A stretch of DNA of 41,705 nucleotides from Octopus bimaculoides (taxonomy: Eukaryota), in the NCBI RefSeq assembly GCF_001194135.2, contig NC_068982.1:139751725-139793429 (forward strand), written 5' to 3'. A model generated the notes under the pieces. That model was given only the letters and a program-made list of their open reading frames with translations, did no database searches and was not told the DNA's origin. The number at the start of each line of letters is the position of its first letter. Position 1 is the first letter of the stretch. A program made the translations under genes and the position numbers. Shown here in pieces: positions 36,300 through 41,705 of the stretch.

Positions 36300-36800
36300 A
36301 GCGTCAATGGAAATTTGGATGCCTTAGGTATGTCAGTGTGATATTTTTCGAGGGAAGAAACATTGTCATAGGCGTGTTCTTTAACTCATGCGTGAATTTG
36401 GTTTATGGTATTTCCGATTTAGAATTTGCCACAGGTGGTTTGAGAATATTAAATAGAGGCTAAGGGATTTTTTGAAAATGTCGGTTGATACTGGAGACAA
36501 CGGATCTAACTTTTTTATTTGCTTCCGCTTTATTTGTTTTAATCAGGTGAATGAAAATGGTAAATATGCAGTTCCTAGTGAAGAATGTGCGTTTAATCTT
36601 GTTCATGTGTCATTTCTCTTCATGGGTGTTAGTCCAGTTGATGTTCATGGCAGCTTCGACTTGATTAGAAATGATTTTGTTGACTTTCTCACATAATGTA
36701 GTGTTATTAAAGGTATTCGAATGCAAGTTCGTCAAATTTATACCTTTTTTTAACGAAGAAATTTCTCCCTTTGTTTGAAGGCTGTTACCTTAAGTTCCTT
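36300..36800 (-). pseudogene. Decayed PLE reverse transcriptase N-terminal fragment
   Basis: Across a frameshift the minus strand reads IFIHLIKTNK (cf. FYxLxKTHK), KVRSVVSSIN (cf. KxRPIVSxIN) and LFNILKPPV (cf. ILKPLV). Boundaries are approximate. Confidence 0.55.
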
Positions 36801-37489
36801 TGAGTGTAGGTTTTGTAAGGTGAAGAAATGTCTCATTAGTTCAGCGTAAAGTTCGTATTTAGAAAGCGGATGGCAAAGTGGGTTGTCTGCGGAAATCGAG
36901 GAGATCATTCCACACCTCTTTTAATCTCTCTTGATTCCAATTCCTCATTCTCTAAAACTTAACAAAAATGCACACATTTTTGCATTGACTGGTCTTCGAT
37001 GTCAAATATATTTCATTATTATATCCTGTATGAATATTTAATTTTATTTCAATTATCTGCCTTGTTCAACGCAACAGAATTGTCTTTCTCCCCTTTGAAT
37101 GTAAAAAGCAAAGAAAAGTATTATATAATAAATGTTATATCAAAAGATTTGGATACTTCAGCTGTATTATAATTCGCTTCGTATGTTTAAATTATTTTGT
37201 GTTAATTTCGACAGAATTTATTTTTTTAACAACTAGTGTTTTTTTTTTCGTTTTATTTTGCATCTATATTACAAATGTCTGTGTTGTCCATTGAAATAGT
37301 TTATTAAAATGGTATAACTATTTATAAAATTTATGTATAACCTCAATGAGCATTTCATAGACAAGTATTTTGTTATCGGAAATCGTAAACGGCATTTTCT
37401 GATATAATGTGATGCGGGTGAACCAACGTATTACACACAAATACATATAGATGAATTGTAACCATAACTGAACCACTGTTTATTTCTTC

Positions 37490-37605
37490 ACCCTGAAACG
37501 ATTTCTTCGATGCCGACGTCAGTGGAATTTGAACACAGATGATAGTCGTAACATTTACTGCATGAAATTCTTCGCAACGTTCTAACTAGTTTGCCAATTT
37601 ACCCA
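37490..37605 (-). mobile_element. Heavily diverged SINE family A fragment
   Basis: CCGACGTCAGTGGAATTTGAACACAGA resembles the reverse complement of the B-box and body junction. Confidence 0.4.
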
Positions 37606-39639
37606 ACTTACCATATTAATGCATTACATGTAGACATCTTGGTGTGTGCATACGTGTGGATGCAGAATATCCGACGTTCTTCTTCTCAAGTGGGCCGTGA
37701 TAAAATATTAATTGTAGAAAAATCTTCGAATATATTCGAACAATGATACATTAATATAGATACACTGTTATTCGAATTTGTTCAAAGGCTATAATAATTA
37801 TAGATCAATTTTCAGATTACTATACGTATTGATTATATTTTTAACATACTTAAGAACATCCTGTACGTGCTTCCACGCACAACTATAACATGTTTTCATT
37901 AATTCCCGTATATAAAGTGTGACCTGATTTCATTATTGAATATTAACCTTTTCAGATCGTTCAAGTGTTATTTTCGATTTACACTGATGTTATCTATGAG
38001 CAGTTCTCCTCCTATCTCCGTTATTCTTCAATGGCCTCTCTTCATGATCAATAATTTTATGTATACGATATCTACTTAAATGTATTAAGGAGATATGAGT
38101 ATTCTTTTCCTGTGACCTTTTAATTCTTTTACTTCTCTGACGTTATAATTCTTTCATCAGTATCTCTCCATTATGGTTTCTCCATATGAGCCACTAGAAG
38201 AATATAAACGTTATCTTTTCTTCTGAAATTTAAAGAATAACTAAATTACCGTCACAATTCAAATATATATTTCTGAAACAATACCGTAAAAAATTACTAA
38301 GTGACTGTATATTTTTTAGTAAACTGGATATATTAAATTTTACAATGACATTTTATTGTATACTTAAGACAGTTAATTGAAAGGACCAATGAAACAAATA
38401 AATTTTTAAAGGTGTATCCTTTAACTAGTTTTGATTATGTCGGTTTTTGTGTTCCATTTTAACAAACTGTCCGACGAACGGGAGCGTGAAAATTTGAGTA
38501 ACAGCTGTTGTTATATTTCTGCAACTTTTAAATATATATATANNNNNNNNNNNNNNNNNNNNNNNNNNNNNNNNNNNNNNNNNNNNNNNNNNNNNNNNNN
38601 NNNNNNNNNNNNNNNNNNNNNNNNNNNNNNNNNNNNNNNNNNNNNNNNNNNNNNNNNNNNNNNNNNNNNNNNNNNNNNNNNNNNNNNNNNNNNNNNNNNN
38701 NNNNNNNNNNNNNNNNNNNNNNNNACACATATATATCTATATAAAAAGGGCATTACTACAGAATAATGCCACACAATAAATAATAAGGCTGAAAAATTGA
38801 ATATTAATTTGAATAATATCAATTTAAAATTAGTGGCCTAGTAAATTGAAAAATCTGAAGATTCGAAAAAGTTATATTACATACATATAAGAGGGATGAC
38901 ATATAAATGGCGCGCCAATACGTAGACTTTTGAAATATAACTTCAAATGTAATTGGCAGAAATATATACATGTTCAGTCTCATGCAGGCGTCTCGTGTAT
39001 AGTTCTGCATATTATATTGCGAAGACAATCATACTGAAGAGTTGCAGACAATAACGTAAGTAATTACATAGGTTGTTAACAACGAAACCGGTCTATGATT
39101 AATTTTTTATTCTGTATCTTTTCATTTGTCTTGCTCGCTTACGTTCTGGTGTTTCCTGAATTTTCTTGAGAAGAATCTTTTCTTAGTAGTCAAACCGTAG
39201 GTGGTCTTCTTCTACCAAAAGGGATGTCCACTTAGTGGTCATCCCTCTTATATGTATCTATTATATATATNNNNNNNNNNTGTATATGTATATGTATATT
39301 TCGGTATTGGGTTGTGAAATAACTTGATTTTAGTTAAATAGGTATATATAGTAGTAGAAAAATGCAGAAACAATATATTTAAAGTACATAATTTTTCTGT
39401 CAATTATTTCTTTTAGTCGGGTTAGAAGGCAATGTTAAAATTCAGGGCCCCGAGACATGTGCGTGTGAAAGAGAAGGGTAGCTTTATATAGGACAATTGG
39501 CTGGAATGTGTGAAGCAGAGGGAGCTCTACCGAATGCACCAGAGCTACCAACTTGTGGTGCTAAAGTGGGTCTTCCTCCAAGTAGGACATATTCTGCTTT
39601 GGAATTACAATACAAAATGCTAGAATAAATAACGCAAGG

Positions 39640-39790
39640 CCATACATTTAGACGTTTTTACAGATCCGCTACCCATGTGGTCTGGATTGGTGCATTTTAT
39701 CCAAAACGAAAAAAGAGGGAGTTGACATCGGCAGGAATTGAAATCAAAGCGCTGAGACTCGGAGCAAAGGCTACCAAACTTTTTGTTCCA
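39640..39790 (-). mobile_element. Diverged tRNA-derived SINE related to family A
   Basis: Minus strand GATTTCAATTCCTGCCGATGTCAACT...GGATAAAATGCACC resembles the B-box plus family A body. Confidence 0.4.
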
Positions 39791-40184
39791 CACTGAAACG
39801 TCTCTTCTAAATATTGAGATGTCCAAGGCTAATTTTCGTTAAAATTGATTAATCATTACCGCGGATAGATATTCGAGTGTGAAGATCTTCAAAGTCAGCA
39901 GTATGGAACGACTTTGAAGATCTAAACTCTCTCAGAAGCTATTTTTAAATATAAATAAATGATTTGACATATATCGATAGTACTGTAAATTACTACTATT
40001 AATACAACTTGCCTCAAGTTTTTTTGGTGAAAAGAAAAAAGTTCATTTTGCATTTCGACTTTAAATTAAAAAAATATATATATCGTGTAAATATAGACTG
40101 GACCGCTCTCGTCCTGTCAGTACATGTGTTTGGTAGATAAAAATAATAAATTCGTATCACGAAACAAGTACTCGACTTTCCGTA

Positions 40185-40545
40185 GTATTCGACACACTTG
40201 ACCAGCTGATTAGATGCTATTCGGTGAAACGAGCCACACGATGGCCAGTGCCAGTGTTTTTCAACTTGATTGATACAGCAACATACAAGGCTTTTTTGTT
40301 ATGCATTGAAAAGCACCCACGATTCAAACAGAAGAACAGACCCCACTATAGAGGGGAATTTACTAAAATACTGGCTGAAGAATTTTTTTGTAATGAAGAG
40401 CCAGAAGAAAGAATCACAGTAATGAAAAGAGAAAAAAAAACAGGTAACTCTCGAGGATTTTGCGGGATTTCTCCTTCAGCAGAAGGAAGAAAGGATACAA
40501 CTGCACGTCAAAAATGTCACATTTTTGCACCTTTGCATGTAAAAT
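40185..40545 (+). pseudogene. piggyBac-type transposase C-terminal relic
   Basis: DTLDQLIRCYSVKRATRWPVPVFFNLIDTATYKAFLL matches the piggyBac VDxxDQxxxxYSxxRxTRRWPxxxFFNLxD region. Downstream RKDTTARQKCHIF resembles part of the Cys-rich tail. I found no TTAA-flanked ends. Confidence 0.8.
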
Positions 40546-41705
40546 TCAGAGATGATTTACTTTTGTGCTTCAACTGTGTCATTCGATTTTGTGTGTTTTG
40601 AAACTTTGACCAATTTGGTAACTTTCATGCATTTATATAGCATTCTTCTGATGCTACCTGAGGTTAATGGTGTTTCGTAAACTGTGATATAAATTTTAGT
40701 GGACGACTTTTTTCTCGTCAAAGTACGGAAAACGTGCGTCGTTTGCAGAGTGGGAGCCAGAATACCTGCCTTTTAAACTAGACAATGAAACCCAGTCACA
40801 TTTTACGTGAGAAATTAAAAAAAAATAATAACGGCTATTTTCTCTCAGAAATTTCTAATTGACATTTGAGCAAAATCTTCGGTGAAATTGTATCAGTTTT
40901 CCTTTTTCCCATATACATATATAAAGATTAATTTTATATACACACCAACTTATACATGCATACATAAATGTCTATATGCAACGAAAACGCACATTTACTT
41001 CATAACATAACTTCAAGAAAATTGACTCCCTTGTCTTGCTGTGAGTTTGAACTGAGAATCGCGCAGCCATAACACTGCAATGCTAATCAAACAGCATTGC
41101 CGAGAGTATTTCACTAGCACAAGAGGACAAAAAAAATATATATCTGAAAGGATACTTTGAGGCACCAAATTAATATATTTGTTAGATTTGGCAAGACATT
41201 TGAAGGGTCAATAGGAGGTCCGATAGAATACATTGCAGAAAGAGTGCTGATCCACTGCATTCCAAAGTCAAAATGTCATTTCCTCGATTCAAGATGGGGA
41301 AAATGAACAATGGATAATGATTTTCCTTTAGTTTCTCAATCGTTTTCTCTCATTCATTTTTACGCCATTGGATACATCAAACAAAATAAATTTATGAGCA
41401 ACGACAGATCACACCTTTGTATTTTGTATGAAAATTTGACGGCAATTACATGGCGAGTTTCGTTGAAAGGGAAGGCTTTGATGGAGGGGATGACTTTGGA
41501 AAATGCTGATTATATTGTTGACCTTTGTTAAATGGATTCGATTGCTTTTTGATAAGCGTTTCAGGTATCAGTACTTGATAAATGTTAGAAATATCTGTTA
41601 AATCTATAATGGCAATACAATGCAAGTACGATATTATCTAACTGAAACAAATAACTGAAAATTATTTATTTTTGAGAGGGACATACATATATATATATAT
41701 ATATA

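Noticed and set aside
1079-38822. Many ORFs in the supplied track (poly-L, poly-N, poly-I, YI, CV, HT, ER repeats, X-runs)
   Set aside because: They are translations of microsatellites or read through N-gaps, with no protein signal.
41020-41110. Possible degenerate tRNA-SINE head on the minus strand (CAGTTCAAACTC)
   Set aside because: Only a B-box-like match, with no convincing A box or family body.

Overview
Eukaryotic, AT-rich, repeat-saturated DNA from a short-read assembly, with N-gaps sitting at microsatellites. The SINE families resemble those I recall from octopus genomes, so I infer a cephalopod, probably Octopus. I can support no host protein-coding gene, and most listed ORFs are microsatellite or gap artefacts. 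The window is a transposon graveyard. It holds three Penelope-like element (PLE) ORF relics, two R4/Dong-type non-LTR relics, a full-length decayed mariner, a deleted mariner, a mariner MITE, a hAT-type MITE, a piggyBac relic and many tRNA-derived SINEs, including a five-copy head-to-tail array. The most notable structure occurs twice (992-2206 and ~19088-19556): an ORF-less unit built as [inverted partial arm]-(ATT)n-[tRNA-like head with A/B boxes]-(AAT)n-[full arm]. Each arm carries a minimal type I hammerhead ribozyme motif with a palindromic AACGTT stem III. The first copy is bounded by an 11-12 bp target-site duplication. This looks like a Pol III-driven, hammerhead-bearing SINE/retrozyme hybrid that may be mobilised by Penelope machinery. 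All motif calls were made by eye, without searches or folding software.
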